From the human T2T-CHM13v2.0 reference genome, Homo sapiens: a DNA stretch of 64,000 nt. This document shows, in pieces, positions 1-10,599 of this stretch. Each line of letters opens with the position of its first letter. The first letter of the stretch is position 1. Made by a program: the position numbers and the translations under genes. Where the stretch lies: the NCBI RefSeq assembly GCF_009914755.1, contig NC_060936.1; one strand, written 5' to 3'. The notes under the pieces were generated by a model, which saw only the letters and a program-made list of their open reading frames with translations, was not told the origin of the DNA and did not search any database.

Positions 1-184
1 GAGAGTAATTTTCCAGGTGTCAGGTTTTCTGTGGGATCCTGTGTGGGCTATGAACCAGCCAGCTTTGACTTGCCTGTCAATTTGCCTAATGAATTGGTGT
101 GTGAGCGAGCCGAGTTTGCACCTGCCATCCTCTTGGTCTAAACTACAGGCACTGCACGTTGCAAGATAAGGGACGTTGCACATC

Positions 185-240
185 CTTCACCTGGGAAACT
201 TCTGGACTCCTAACTTCACCTGGGAAACTTCTGGACTCCT
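185..240. repeat. 29-bp tandem duplication
   Basis: CTTCACCTGGGAAACTTCTGGACTCCT occurs twice. Confidence 0.85.
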
Positions 241-574
241 GTGAGTCTGGCTGGGGGTGGGGGGGGTCCCTGGCAAGCCACTCACTTTTGGGGCCTCACT
301 CACTGCCCGTGTTTTGCCTCCATGATCTTAGAATTTTGGCAAGATCTGGACTAGACAGAGGGCTGAGGCTTGGGCTGGGGTTGGGAGAATTCTCTGCTGA
401 GAACAGAGAAACTGGGACCCCTCAGGGCTTCTTACAGGAACAGGAAGCAACGACTGGGGAGTCCCAGAGGAAGGCGTTGAGCAGAGGGGCCGTGTGGTGG
501 GTGGGCACCCCAGCAGGCAGGGTGCTGGGGGAGGAACATGAGCCCCTGCGGGCTTTGGAAAGAGCAGTGAAGTA

Positions 575-712
575 CAGCCCCATTGCCTCTGCCCAGGGCT
601 AGCGGAAAGTGAAGTGTTCCCAGCCCCATTGCCTCTGCCCAGGGCTAGCGGAAAGTGAAGTGTTCCCAGCCCCATTGCCTCTGCCCAGGGCTAGCGGACA
701 GTGACGTGTCCC
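575..712. repeat. 46-bp minisatellite, ~3 copies
   Basis: CAGCCCCATTGCCTCTGCCCAGGGCTAGCGGAAAGTGAAGTGTTCC starts at 575, 621 and 667. Confidence 0.9.
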
Positions 713-804
713 CGCAGGCTGAACTCCGACTGGTGACAACGGGTCAGCGTCCTCACTCCCTGGAGACTCGGAGCCTGGACTTGCCAAATTTGGCACCTGC
801 CCAT

Positions 805-1100
805 TTTTTTTTTTTTTTCTTTGAGATGGAGTATCACTCTGTTGCCCAGGCTGGAGTGCTGTGGCTCGATCTCGGCTCACTGCAACCTCCACCTCCCAGG
901 TTCAAGCTATATTCTGCCTCAGCCTGCTGAGTAGCTGGGATTACAGGTGCCTGCCACCATGCCCAGCTAATTTTTGTATTTTTAGTAGAGATGGGATTTC
1001 ACCTTAGCCAGGATGGTCTCAATCTCCTGACCTCAGATGATCCACCCACCTCAGCCTCCCAAAGTGCTGGGATTATAGGCGTGAACCACCGTGCCTGGCC
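805..1100 (-). mobile_element. Alu (AluS-like)
   Basis: Poly-T followed by the full reverse Alu dimer. Confidence 0.95.
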
Positions 1101-1109
1101 TTTTAAAAA

Positions 1110-1530
1110 AAAAATTTTAGATTCATGGGTACATGTGTGGGTTTGTTATGTGGGTATATAGCTTGATGCTGAGGTTTTGGCTTCTAACGATCCCATCACC
1201 CAGGGAGTGAACGCAGCTCCCAACAGGTGGTTTTCCAGCCCTCGTCCTCGTCCTCCTCCCCCTCCCACCTGCCCCTCTGGAGTCCCTGGCGTCTGCTATT
1301 CCCTCTCTGCGTCATGTGCATGCAGCATTCAGCTCCCATGGATAAGTGAGAACACGTGGTTTTGGTTTTCTGTTCGGGTTGAGTTCTCAGGCTGACGGCC
1401 TCCAGCTGCATGTGTGGCTGCAGGGGACGTGCTCTCCTCCATTTTCCCGGCTGCATCGAGTTCATGGTCTGTCTGCACACGTGAGGCCACCTGCCAGGCC
1501 ACATCCCAGCACAGGCGTCATCCAGTGATT
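1110..1530 (-). mobile_element. Old L1 3' UTR fragment (L1PB-like), GC-shifted
   Basis: Resembles an L1 3' end: GGTACATGTG..GTTTGTTA..GATCCCATCACCCAGG..TAAGTGAGAAC..TTTGGTTTTCTGTT. Confidence 0.7.
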
Positions 1531-1534
1531 TCCT

Positions 1535-1705
1535 CATCGGCCAGAGTCTGCGTCTGCAGCTTTGTGAGCCACGCGGCCATGGCCTGACTCTGTGCCGAGA
1601 GCCCCGCAGCGGTGGCCACAGACAATAGTAAGCAACTGGGTGTGGCTGGGCGCCAATAAAACTGTATTTATTAAAACAGGCAAGGGGCTGGGCTGCGGCA
1701 GGGCC
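1535..1705 (+). mobile_element. MER58-like hAT-Charlie DNA transposon relic
   Basis: AGACAATAGTAAGCAACTGGGTGTGGCTG..CCAATAAAACTGTATTTATTAAAACAGGC resembles the MER58A core. Confidence 0.7.
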
Positions 1706-1759
1706 CAGGTGCCTGGGAAAGAGGTGGGACCGGGCCCCAACCCCCAGCTCGGCTCCCAG

Positions 1760-1799
1760 GAAGACACACACAGTGCTGCTGCCTAATCCTCTCTTTATT
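1760..1799 (-). terminator. Polyadenylation signal AATAAA with downstream GU-rich element
   Basis: TTTATT at 1794-1799 on +. Downstream on the minus strand lies CTGTGTGTGTCTT. Confidence 0.85.
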
Positions 1800-2375
1800 T
1801 GGTCTCTGCTGAAGCAGTCGTGCCAGCCTCCTAGACACGGCCTCAGGTTTGTCGCTGTCCATGTCCTCCAGCACCCCTCTTACCAGACCACAAGGAGCTG
1901 CATTATGATGTGTGACTTAGGTCTTGGTTGGAGGGCTGAGCGGCCGCAAGTGCTGGGGGAGGCTGCTTGGAGCATGGGAGGCCTGCGGGTGGAAGACACC
2001 AGGGTGCAGCCTGGTGCATGGTCCGGGGCTTGGCCTCCCTATGGGGCGTGGGGGGCTGTGGTACATGCAGAGGCGGCGGCTGTCCCAGCAGCCTGGCCAG
2101 GAGATACCGTGGAGAAGGCACGTGTTTGAGTTGGCATCACTGTCCCCAGACGCCCTCCCTCGGGTAGAGCCGCCTGTCCTAGGAGAAGCTGTACTCCAGA
2201 TGCAGTGGGTGACACCCTGGTCACTCAGCCACACCCCGGCCCCTCAGCCTCTGCTGTCCTGGCCGCACATAGAGCCCTGTCCTGCTGTGTCTGCCGGGCA
2301 CACCCCGGTCACTCAGCCACACTGGCTCGGCCCAGCGCCTTCCCGAGGTCTGTGGGGGTCCGGGCGGAGGTGGGG
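1775..2375 (-). other. GALNT9: GALNT9 3' UTR (3' end approximate)
   Basis: Lies between the TGA at 2376 and the AATAAA at 1794-1799. Confidence 0.8.
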
Positions 2376-2522
2376 TCAGTGCCGTGCGTGTTTGATCCAG
2401 TTTCTGATCATCCACTTCTGCCCCGAGCACCTCTGTACCACCAGCCGGAGCCCAAAGTTGGCATCTTTGGACATCTCCACCTCCAGGCAGCGGCCCGTGG
2501 CCCGGCTCACAATGGGGCCACT
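2376..2522 (-). CDS. GALNT9: GALNT9 last coding exon (ricin lectin gamma repeat, stop TGA)
   Basis: Hand translation SGPIVSRATGRCLEVEMSKDANFGLRLVVQRCSGQKWMIRNWIKHARH*. CAG acceptor at 2525-2523. Not in the ORF track. Confidence 0.96.
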   Translation of the reverse strand, partial: SGPIVSRATGRCLEVEMSKDANFGLRLVVQRCSGQKWMIRNWIKHARH

Positions 2523-3060
2523 CTGTGGGGACAGGCACATCAAGTCAGCCAGGTGCAGGCGTCCTTGTTCCCCCTCCCCCCACCTCAGGGAGGCTGCTTC
2601 GTGCTCTCAGCCCTCGTGCTCATTCTTGGGGCAGCTTGAATGGAAAGCCAGCATCACAGCAGCACCCAGGGGGGCCGGGAAGGGGCTGACTTCAGTGGAG
2701 CTTCGAGGATTTCCCATCTTTCCTGCAGGGCTAGCGGCCCAGGTTGGAATCATACCTCATCCCCTTCCTAAATCCTCCCTCTACCCTGGGCACCTGAGGC
2801 TGGAAGAGGCAGATGCAGGGCTATGATCAGACTGTCCAGCCCGACCCCTCTCTGGCTGTGTGACCCTGACCAGTCACCTGCCCTCTCTGTGAGCGTCGGG
2901 GCCCATAAGGGAGCAGCTGATCCAAGGCCCCGTCCCCTGACCACCCCCTGCCGCACTCCAGCTCCCACCCAATGGGCTGGCTCTAGTGGCAGAGGCACCC
3001 AGGGGTCCCAGCAGCCCTGCCCCGCCCCAACCCCACGGCCCCCCTTCCCCAGAGGCTGAC

Positions 3061-3228
3061 CTGGGTGAAGTCCCACAGCCGCTGTGTTGGCCGCGCCACA
3101 TCCTCACACTTCTTCAGGGTGGGCATGCGGCCCGTGCCGTCATCCACCAGACACTTGGAGTCAGGCAAGAAGGCTGTGGAGCCCAGAGGCCCCAGCTGCA
3201 GCAGGCCGTCAGCGCTGTACCGCACCAG
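3061..3228 (-). CDS. GALNT9: GALNT9 coding exon (ricin lectin beta repeat; probably exon 10)
   Basis: LVRYSADGLLQLGPLGSTAFLPDSKCLVDDGTGRMPTLKKCEDVARPTQRLWDFTQ. 168 nt, AG/GT ends. Confidence 0.96.
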
Positions 3229-3696
3229 CTGGGGACAGGACCACCGGGACTGTGTGTGAGCAGCGCCCAGGCTCTCCCCAGTGAGCACTGACAGGCCGTG
3301 CGAGCTGCCTTGAGCTGCAAACGGGGCCCTGCGCGGCTGCCTTGGAGCCTCCCACCCCGGGGACGCTGTTGCGGGCGGGAGAGGACCGCCGGGCAGGGCC
3401 CACGTGGGGATGCGGGCTGGACGGCACCCAAATGCTCCGCAGGGCCAGGCTCCCGGCTTGCACAGCTGGCTGGTCTTCCGCCTGGACAGACGTCATGAAT
3501 GTGGCTCAGACCCAGAGCGCGGCCCCACTCGTTTCGGGGAGGACAGGAGTTGGGTTTAATTTGGGCAACATGCAGTGCCGTGTGTGAGCGGAACACGCAT
3601 TCCCGTGGGGTTAGAAACGTCCAGCTCCTTATGGGGGTCATGGTCAGAATGGCCTGGACCTTCACTACGGCCAGCCCCTGACCACTGTGATTCTGC

Positions 3697-3750
3697 GGGG
3701 CTGGGGCTGGGGCTGGGGCTGGGGCTGGGGCTGGGCCTGGGCCTGGGCTG
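3697..3750 (+). repeat. (GGGGCT)n/(GGGCCT)n hexamer repeat, G-quadruplex-prone
   Basis: About 9 hexamer units visible. Confidence 0.9.
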
Positions 3751-3949
3751 CAGGTGAGTCCTGCCCAGGTGGGGAGTGCTCGGAGGTCAACAGCACTATT
3801 GCCGTGTTAATCCACCCCAGAGCCAATGCTTCCCACACTTCCGCTTCAATCACGCGACAGTCCTGAGCGGTAAGTGCTGTTGCCGTCTCTCTTGACTGAG
3901 GGGGGAGTGATGCACCCCCAGCCCATCTGACCCCAAAGGCCTGGTTCCT

Positions 3950-4240
3950 TTTTAATTTTTTGAGATACGGTCTCGCTCTGTTGCCCAGGATGGAGTGCAC
4001 TGGTGTGATCTCAGCTCAACCTCCGCATCCCAGGCTCAGGTGATCCTCCTGCCTCAGCCTCCCGAGCAGCTGGGAATACGGGCATGCCCCACCATGCCCG
4101 GCTAATTTTTGTATTTTTTGTAGCGACAGGGTTTCGCCACGCTGCCCAGACTGGTCTCAATTCCTGGGCTTAAGTGATCTGTCTGCCTTGGCCTCCCATC
4201 GTGCTGAGATGACAGGCGTGAGCCACTGCACCCGGCCCAG
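3950..4240 (-). mobile_element. Alu (AluJ-like)
   Basis: Reverse Alu with J-type features (GGGCTTAAGTGATC). Confidence 0.9.
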
Positions 4241-4460
4241 GCTGTTTTCAATTCCCCGTGTTCTGCTACCTTCCAGGTGGGGCGGGCTGGGAGGCCTCTT
4301 CTAGAGGGGCCCTCAGGCTGCTCCAAGCCCTGGAATGCAGCCCTGGTGGCCTCAGAACACCCCAGCAGGCTGGCCCCGTGCCTCTGCCCCAGGGTGTAGG
4401 GTCCGGGTGGCCTGGGGTCGTCCCCTTGGGAACTGCATGGGTGGCCGCTGCTACTCCTAC

Positions 4461-4556
4461 CTGGGAGGACATCCCGTGGCAGGGGTAGAGGATCGCCCGG
4501 TCGCCGTCCTCCGCTCCCTGGTCCAGACAGTAGGCACTGGCTTTGCTGTTTCTCAC
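4461..4556 (-). CDS. GALNT9: GALNT9 coding exon (ricin lectin alpha repeat; probably exon 9)
   Basis: VRNSKASAYCLDQGAEDGDRAILYPCHGMSSQ, CLD motif. 96 nt, CAG acceptor, GTAGGA donor. Confidence 0.96.
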
Positions 4557-5689
4557 CTGCAAGCAGAAGCCCCAGGAGAAAGTCCAGAGTCACCCGAGGG
4601 TGCAGCCCCAGGGAGCTTCACGCAGCCAGCTCTGCAGCCAGCACCTAAGGAGGTGCCCGCGGGAGGAGGAGGGGGCGTGTGGGATGCTCTGGCCGGGTGG
4701 GCCGCCTGGGAAGGGGTGGCTGACCGAGTTTGTCACTGATGGAGACATGGAAGTGTCCGCCATGCACAGATGGAGACTTGGCCATCACTCCATAGGGGAA
4801 CACTTGAGCAGCAGGGACGACAGCCCCAGGCTGTGGAGTGGCTTCCCTGCCTTGCCGCCTGCTCCCTGTGCCCTTGCGGCTCCCACTGAGTGGGTAGAGA
4901 CCGCTCGCCAGCCTTGCAGTCTAGGCTGGCCTTGGCTTGGACCCTTGGGAGACCTTCCAGCTTCCACTCTGTCTTGGAAGGAACCCTGACAGCCCTCTGA
5001 GAACAAGCCCGGGCCAGACTGCTGGGGGATGTGTTGTCATCGGGCAGCCAACCTCCAGCCTCCAGAACAGGCCCATCGGAGATCAGCACAGCCTGGATCA
5101 GGCCAGCAGCACTGCCTGGGTGGCCCCGGCTCGTGAGCAAGTGTAGATGCTTATTGCTTTTGTCCACCGCGTCTCCAGGCTGCTGGGTTTGCAGCAGCAG
5201 CTGACCCATCCACCACGGCCACCACGAGAGGTCACACAGGTTTGAATTGGGACCGTTGAGGAAGCCCAGCAGAGTCTGGATGTTACGGCTGCTCTGGGTT
5301 GGGGGTGCCTGCACTTGGCTAATTGAGGATGGAGTGGGCAGAGTAGAAGCACAGGGAGGCTGGGGGAGAGGGGCGGCGCCCCGATGCACACTCAGCACTG
5401 CCTGGGAAACCTCTGTGCCCAAGGGACTGGAGTCAGCGCAGGGTGGACCAGGAGCTGCAGGAGGGGAGGCTCAGCGAGGACCATCCACCCCAGGGACCCT
5501 TTTCCGTGCCCCATCCGAGTGCCAGCTCAGGGCTGGGACGCTCGAGTCTCATGGTGGGAGGCGCCCCATCCCCTGCACAGACTGGGGAGAGGGCAGAAGA
5601 GCAGCACCTTCTCGCTGGCTTTACGGAGTGCTGTGCATGTGGGGGCCAGTGGAGACGGGGGGTCTCTGTGTAGCTGATGGGCCTGTGTG

Positions 5690-6200
5690 AGTGTGCATAT
5701 CACCCATTGTGTGCATCTGTGGGGGCACCTTCATGCATGCACGCTGGTGTATGAACGTGGCTCCGCATATGTGGATGCACAGACGTGTACACACACACAT
5801 TATTTTGCTTGATAACAAGGGCCTGTGTGTTTATCTGTGCACAGGCAGGCCCCTTTGGGGTTCATGCACTTAGTGAAACATACATCTGTGTAGGAAGAGC
5901 TGTGTACATTAGCAAAACTGGGTGCAAATGTATACTCGTGTCCGCGTGCTCTTGTACATATGAGTGTTTGCATGGATTTACGCACCTGCCTGTGAATGTC
6001 TCTGTACACACATCTAGGTGAGTGCATGTATCCCTATGTACACATACGTGAGAGCGTAGGTACATTGAATCAGGCAATGTGAACACGCATGGATGTGACT
6101 ACACACCTGCCTGCCTCTAGGGAGGTCCATGTGAAGGAATGGGTGTGTATGGACATGTGGGTCTGCAGGTGCGTGTGTTTATGTGAACCTGCACCTTGTG
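5690..6200. repeat. TG/CA-rich low-complexity tract
   Basis: Degenerate GTGTGCAT/GTACAC alternating purine-pyrimidine sequence. Confidence 0.6.
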
Positions 6201-6418
6201 TGTGCACGTGGATGTGCCTGCATCACCGTGAATGCACACGTGTGTGCAGGAGTCAGGGCGGAAGGCCTGTCGGGCCGAGTGGGACCCTCTGGGGGAGGCG
6301 CTACCTCTCTGTGTGCATGTGGATGTGCCTGCATCACCCTGAATGCATACGTGTGCAGGAGTCAGGGCAGAAAGCCTGTCGGGCCGAACGGGGCCCTCGG
6401 GGGAGGTGCTACCTCTCC
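6198..6418. repeat. ~110-bp tandem duplication containing the exon 5' splice site
   Basis: Two copies of GTGTGCAYGTGGATGTGCCTGCATCACC...GGGGGAGGYGCTACCTCTC. Confidence 0.88.
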
Positions 6419-6550
6419 GTACGTGAGGGTGTTGTTGTAGACCCTCATCTCCGGGTACACGTTCTCCAGGTACCACTTGAAGCTGCGACACTTCAGCCTC
6501 TGACGCAGGGCCAGCCTCTCAGACACGTCCCCGAAGTCCACCCCTGGGTT
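6413..6550 (-). CDS. GALNT9: GALNT9 coding exon (catalytic C-terminus/linker; probably exon 8)
   Basis: [46 protein letters not shown], a typical GalNAc-T 'GDVSER..L.C.SF.WYL.NVYPE' motif. 138 nt, AG/GT ends. Confidence 0.97.
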
Positions 6551-7324
6551 CTGCAAGGCCAGAAGTAGGCGAGAGGGTACGTGGGTGTCACCATGACCTG
6601 GGTCTTCCCCATAATGAGGTTGGGGGTCTCCAGGGACCAAGTCCCCTCACAGGAGCAGCCTCCCCCCCAGTATTCAGATGCTGAGGCCCCATCCGGCCCC
6701 ATCCAGGTGGGACCCCCCCCAGCCTCCTAATATCCACAGAGGGTCTGAGGCAGCTGCTCCTGATGGGAAGGACCCTGCCAGAGGCCAGCCCCGGCCTGGA
6801 CAGACGGCCCCTGCTGCAGCCGGCTCGTCCACACCCACCCGGGCCCAGGAACCTCCTGCCTGAGAAGACGGCCCTGCTCACCTGGCCTTACTGCACGGCA
6901 TCAGCCTGACCTCTGGAGGGTGGAGACTGAGGTCAGCCATATCCACGAGACCAGCCTGGTGAGGACCCTGGATACTGAGGCTTGGGGGCTCCTGGCTGGC
7001 CCCGCCTGGCACGTGTTGTCACGCATGGGTGCCGGAGAATCAAGTCCTTGGGACCCCCCGCGGGGGGACACCTGAGAGCTTGTACCTGGCCTTTCCTGGT
7101 CCCTGCCCAGGCGTCTCTTCCCTCTGCTGACTTTGACCCGTGTCCTCTGCCGTGAGAACCCACAGCCGAGTGCGGTGTCTGTGTCTTCCTGGGACTGTGG
7201 GGCCTGAGAGGCTGTAGGGACCAGCACTCTGACGGACAGCCAGCCCTGAGGGAGCACCTGCACCCTGCCCAGGGACCCTCCAGGCTCAGGCCTTGTGGGG
7301 AGGGCAGACGACTTGGCCTTCACG

Positions 7325-7465
7325 GCCTGGGCTTGAATCCCGTCACCTTCTGGTATGTGGGCCTGGGACAGTCCCCTACCTTCTCTGTGCCTCAGTTACT
7401 CATTGGTAAAGTGGGGACGATCACGCCAGAAACTCATTGTTGCTCTGTTATGAGGTTTTAATCAG
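7325..7465 (-). mobile_element. MIR fragment
   Basis: TTGAATCCC...CTTCTCTGTGCCTCAGTT..CTCATTGGTAAAGTGGGGA is the MIR core. Confidence 0.6.
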
Positions 7466-8214
7466 CCAAGGGGCTCACACCAGGGCCCTTGGACACGGAG
7501 GTGACAGGCATTTGCCGGCCTCACTGCCCGGGGGCCTGGAGCCCCTCACTCAGTTGCCCACACACTTGGGGAGGTCATCACCCTGCACGTTTTCCTTATC
7601 ACTTCATGGAAAACAAGGCTGTAGGAGCACCGGGTACCCTCTTCTCGTCTCTCAGACACGAGTGCACGTGTCTACGGCTCCTGATCTGCCTGGCGGGAGC
7701 TGATATGGGGGCTGGATGCTGGATTTGCAGTGAATGGTCCAGCCCGGGGCCACTTCAGGCCGTGTCACCCACACGCTGGGGTGCACTCTAGCAGGGGGTG
7801 GTAAGCCAATTTAGGGGCTGTGGTGGGAATTTTTAAGAAGTAGTAATATTGTAAATGAGAAGGGTCACTTTGGTGCTACGTACACAAAGCGCTGTATGTG
7901 GACAGATGTAAATGTATGCGTGTGTGCGCTGGGTCATGCCTTAAGATCTGGCTCATTAGGGTTGATGCAGACAAGCCCGTTTCTAAGATGAGCCCTCCCA
8001 GAACTCAGGGACCCAGTGCCTGCAGTGGCCAGGGAAGGAAGGGGGTGGTTCCAGAGACGCTGGGGTGTGGCGGGATGGGTCGCGGCCACCCGTCTCAGTA
8101 CCTGCCTTTCTTAGGGTTGTGGGGGTGGGGCGCTTTGAGAAAAGCCAGAATTCAGGCTCTTTATGGGAAATTACAAATTAGAAAACAAACAGCAATCCTC
8201 AACTTGAAGCGGGT

Positions 8215-8560
8215 CAGCCACTCATAGGCCAAAGCCCAACAGGAAACAACCAAAAACGTCCATCCACGGACGAGTGGATCCACACGAGGGGCCCTTTCAC
8301 ACTGTGGACGTGACTCAGCCATGGTGGGGGTGACCTGGAAAAGGTGGCGCTGAGGACGGGAAGCCACACAGCGTATGAGCCGTTCATGAAACCGCCAGAC
8401 AGTTGAGGCTGCCCGGGGCTGGGGAGGGGTCCGCACTGGCTGACAGGTGCCGTGCAGGGCACTAAGTGGGGCCCTGGCTGAGGCGGCGGCACCAGGTTGG
8501 GGAGAGGCCGCCCCTCCCTGGCTTCTAACCACGGGGCAATTGCTCTAGGCTGAGAGGAAA
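8215..8560 (+). mobile_element. Ancient L1M 3' fragment
   Basis: CATAGGCCAAA..GGAAACAACCAAAAACGTCCATCCACGGACGAGTGGAT is the L1 ORF2-end signature. Confidence 0.55.
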
Positions 8561-8804
8561 AACGCCCACCACACCGGGGTGGGTGTGAGCTGGTCTCTTC
8601 CCAGTGTGAGGAAGGCTCCTTCCCAGGCAGACAGCTCACCCACTCACACCTGCACACACAACTGCTTGCACCTGTGCACACCTGTCAACACACCCACTCA
8701 CACCTGCAGGGGGCCCTAGGGGGCCTCCCTCCGGCCCAGCCCTGCCGTGGCATTGACCCCGACCCTGGGGCATGGCCCCGGCTCCCGGCCTGTGGGGGAC
8801 TCAC

Positions 8805-8990
8805 CGACATGGGGATGTTCCAGGCCATGTACACGTGGGACTTGAAGTCATCCATCCACACCTCGGCGGCGCGCAGGGCGTTGCGCTTGGCGTAGTAGTC
8901 AATGTCGTTGTTGTAGGGCTTCCTGGTGCGCTCGATGTGGGCCACGCGGGAGCAGGGCAGCACCTCCATGCTGCCGCCACACTGCCACAC
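8805..8990 (-). CDS. GALNT9: GALNT9 coding exon (end of catalytic domain; probably exon 7)
   Basis: [26 protein letters not shown]...[15 protein letters not shown]...NIPMS. CAG acceptor, GTGAGT donor, 186 nt, phase 0-0. Confidence 0.97.
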
Positions 8991-10599
8991 CTGCGGGGAG
9001 ACGGCGCTGGGTGCCGGCGTCCTTCCCAACGGAGGCGGGCAGCCCGGCCAGCTAGGGGCCCGTGAGAGGCCAAGGGGCCCGGCCCTCTGTTCCTGGGGCA
9101 CCCCCACCACCGACGGGCCTGGTGGGTCCCGGGGCTTTGCCTCTCGGGGGCTGTTTTCAGGGGACCCCGCCCACAGAGAAAGTTCAGGTCTGGGTTGCGT
9201 CCTCTCTGGGACTTCTTTCTCTTGTGCGTTACACGATGGCTGTGGGGAGGGGGGTTTATTCTACCGACCCCAACACTTAACAGGTTTTTCACCCTGTGGT
9301 TCCCACCCCCAGTGCTTGTTCTGTGCAGGGAACCCCCCGCCCCACTGCACCAGCCACCTCCCCCAGCACCCGAACACACCAACAATCTGTTTACAAACAG
9401 CTGCTTGCCATGCAGACACCGCTCCACGCATCCCCAGAACACACACAATCAAAAGCCCAACCAGCCTCCGCTAATAAAACCCCGCAGCCCCTGGCTTTCT
9501 GAACCCCCACGCGCAGCAGAAACGTGTTTGTCACTGCGTATCCTTTTATGCTTCCTTCCGTGTCGTTCCACTTAAGCAATACCAGCCTTCCTACACGTGC
9601 TCTTTCACTCCGGTTTGTCCCCCCGCGCTGTCCTGCCTGTGAGGGTTGGTTTTGTGTCAGCGTGGCAGGGAACAGGGTGCTGGGACGTTTGCTCTCCCGA
9701 TTCTGGGTGGTCTGTGCATGGCCTCTGGTGGGAGCCATGTTTAAATCTGTCCCCTACAGGCCTGAGTAGGACAGAAAGGCCGAGGCAGGGAGTGTTCACA
9801 CACTCTGCTCGATTCGGGCTGGGACGTGGGTCCTCCCCTGCCTTCAGGCTTGGAGCTCACGCCACCGGCTCTCCTGGGCGCCTGCCAGCCGACGGCCAAT
9901 CTCGGTACCCTCAGCCCCCGTAACCGGGTGAGTCAATTCCTTAGATGAACTTTCACAGCTAAGCCCACGTCCCCACCATCTGCTATTAATCTGTTTCCCT
10001 GGAGAGCCCTGAGCCAGCCCCGTCCCATCCTATCCTACCCTATCCTGTGCTGTCCCATCCCATCCACCCCATTAAAAAAAGGCCGATGCCACCCACGGGC
10101 TGACATCACTATGAACAAATGGGTCTGATCCACGTGGCCCAAGCTCCGCCGTGCTCAGGTCCTCAGCCCTGAGCCTGCCATGCTGGACGAGTGTGCCAGG
10201 CCCAGGGCGGGCACTGTGCTTGCCTCATCTCCTGAATCCCCCCACCACCCGAGAAAGGGTGGGCAGCCCTGGCATTGCCCCGTTCCCTCCGCGGTGCTGA
10301 GAAGGTGCCGAGGCCGAGGGTGGTGCCAACTGCAGGGGCGCACGGGGTGGAGCCTCTGCCCAGCTGAGCTCGGATCCCTCAGTCATCCCTGGACTCTGGT
10401 TCATCCTCGTCCAGGCTGCTCTCATCTCCAGGCCGTTATCTTAATCATGTCTGCAAAGATCCCTTTTCCCAAAGAGGGCCACACTCACACGTCCCCTAGC
10501 TGCATCCTCCGGGGGTCGCCTGTCAGCCCAGCCCACCCCAGAGGCCCAGTCCCTTGTGTGGGGGAGCAGGGGGCTCCTCCCTCCCCCGGACTCTCTGCC

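Noticed and set aside
1924-2826. 300-aa + strand ORF
   Set aside because: Antisense to the GALNT9 last exon and UTR in GC-rich DNA. No recognisable motif.
9190-9740. Possible LTR with an AATAAA at ~9473
   Set aside because: LTR-like feel, but I could not assign termini, a TSD or a family from the sequence.
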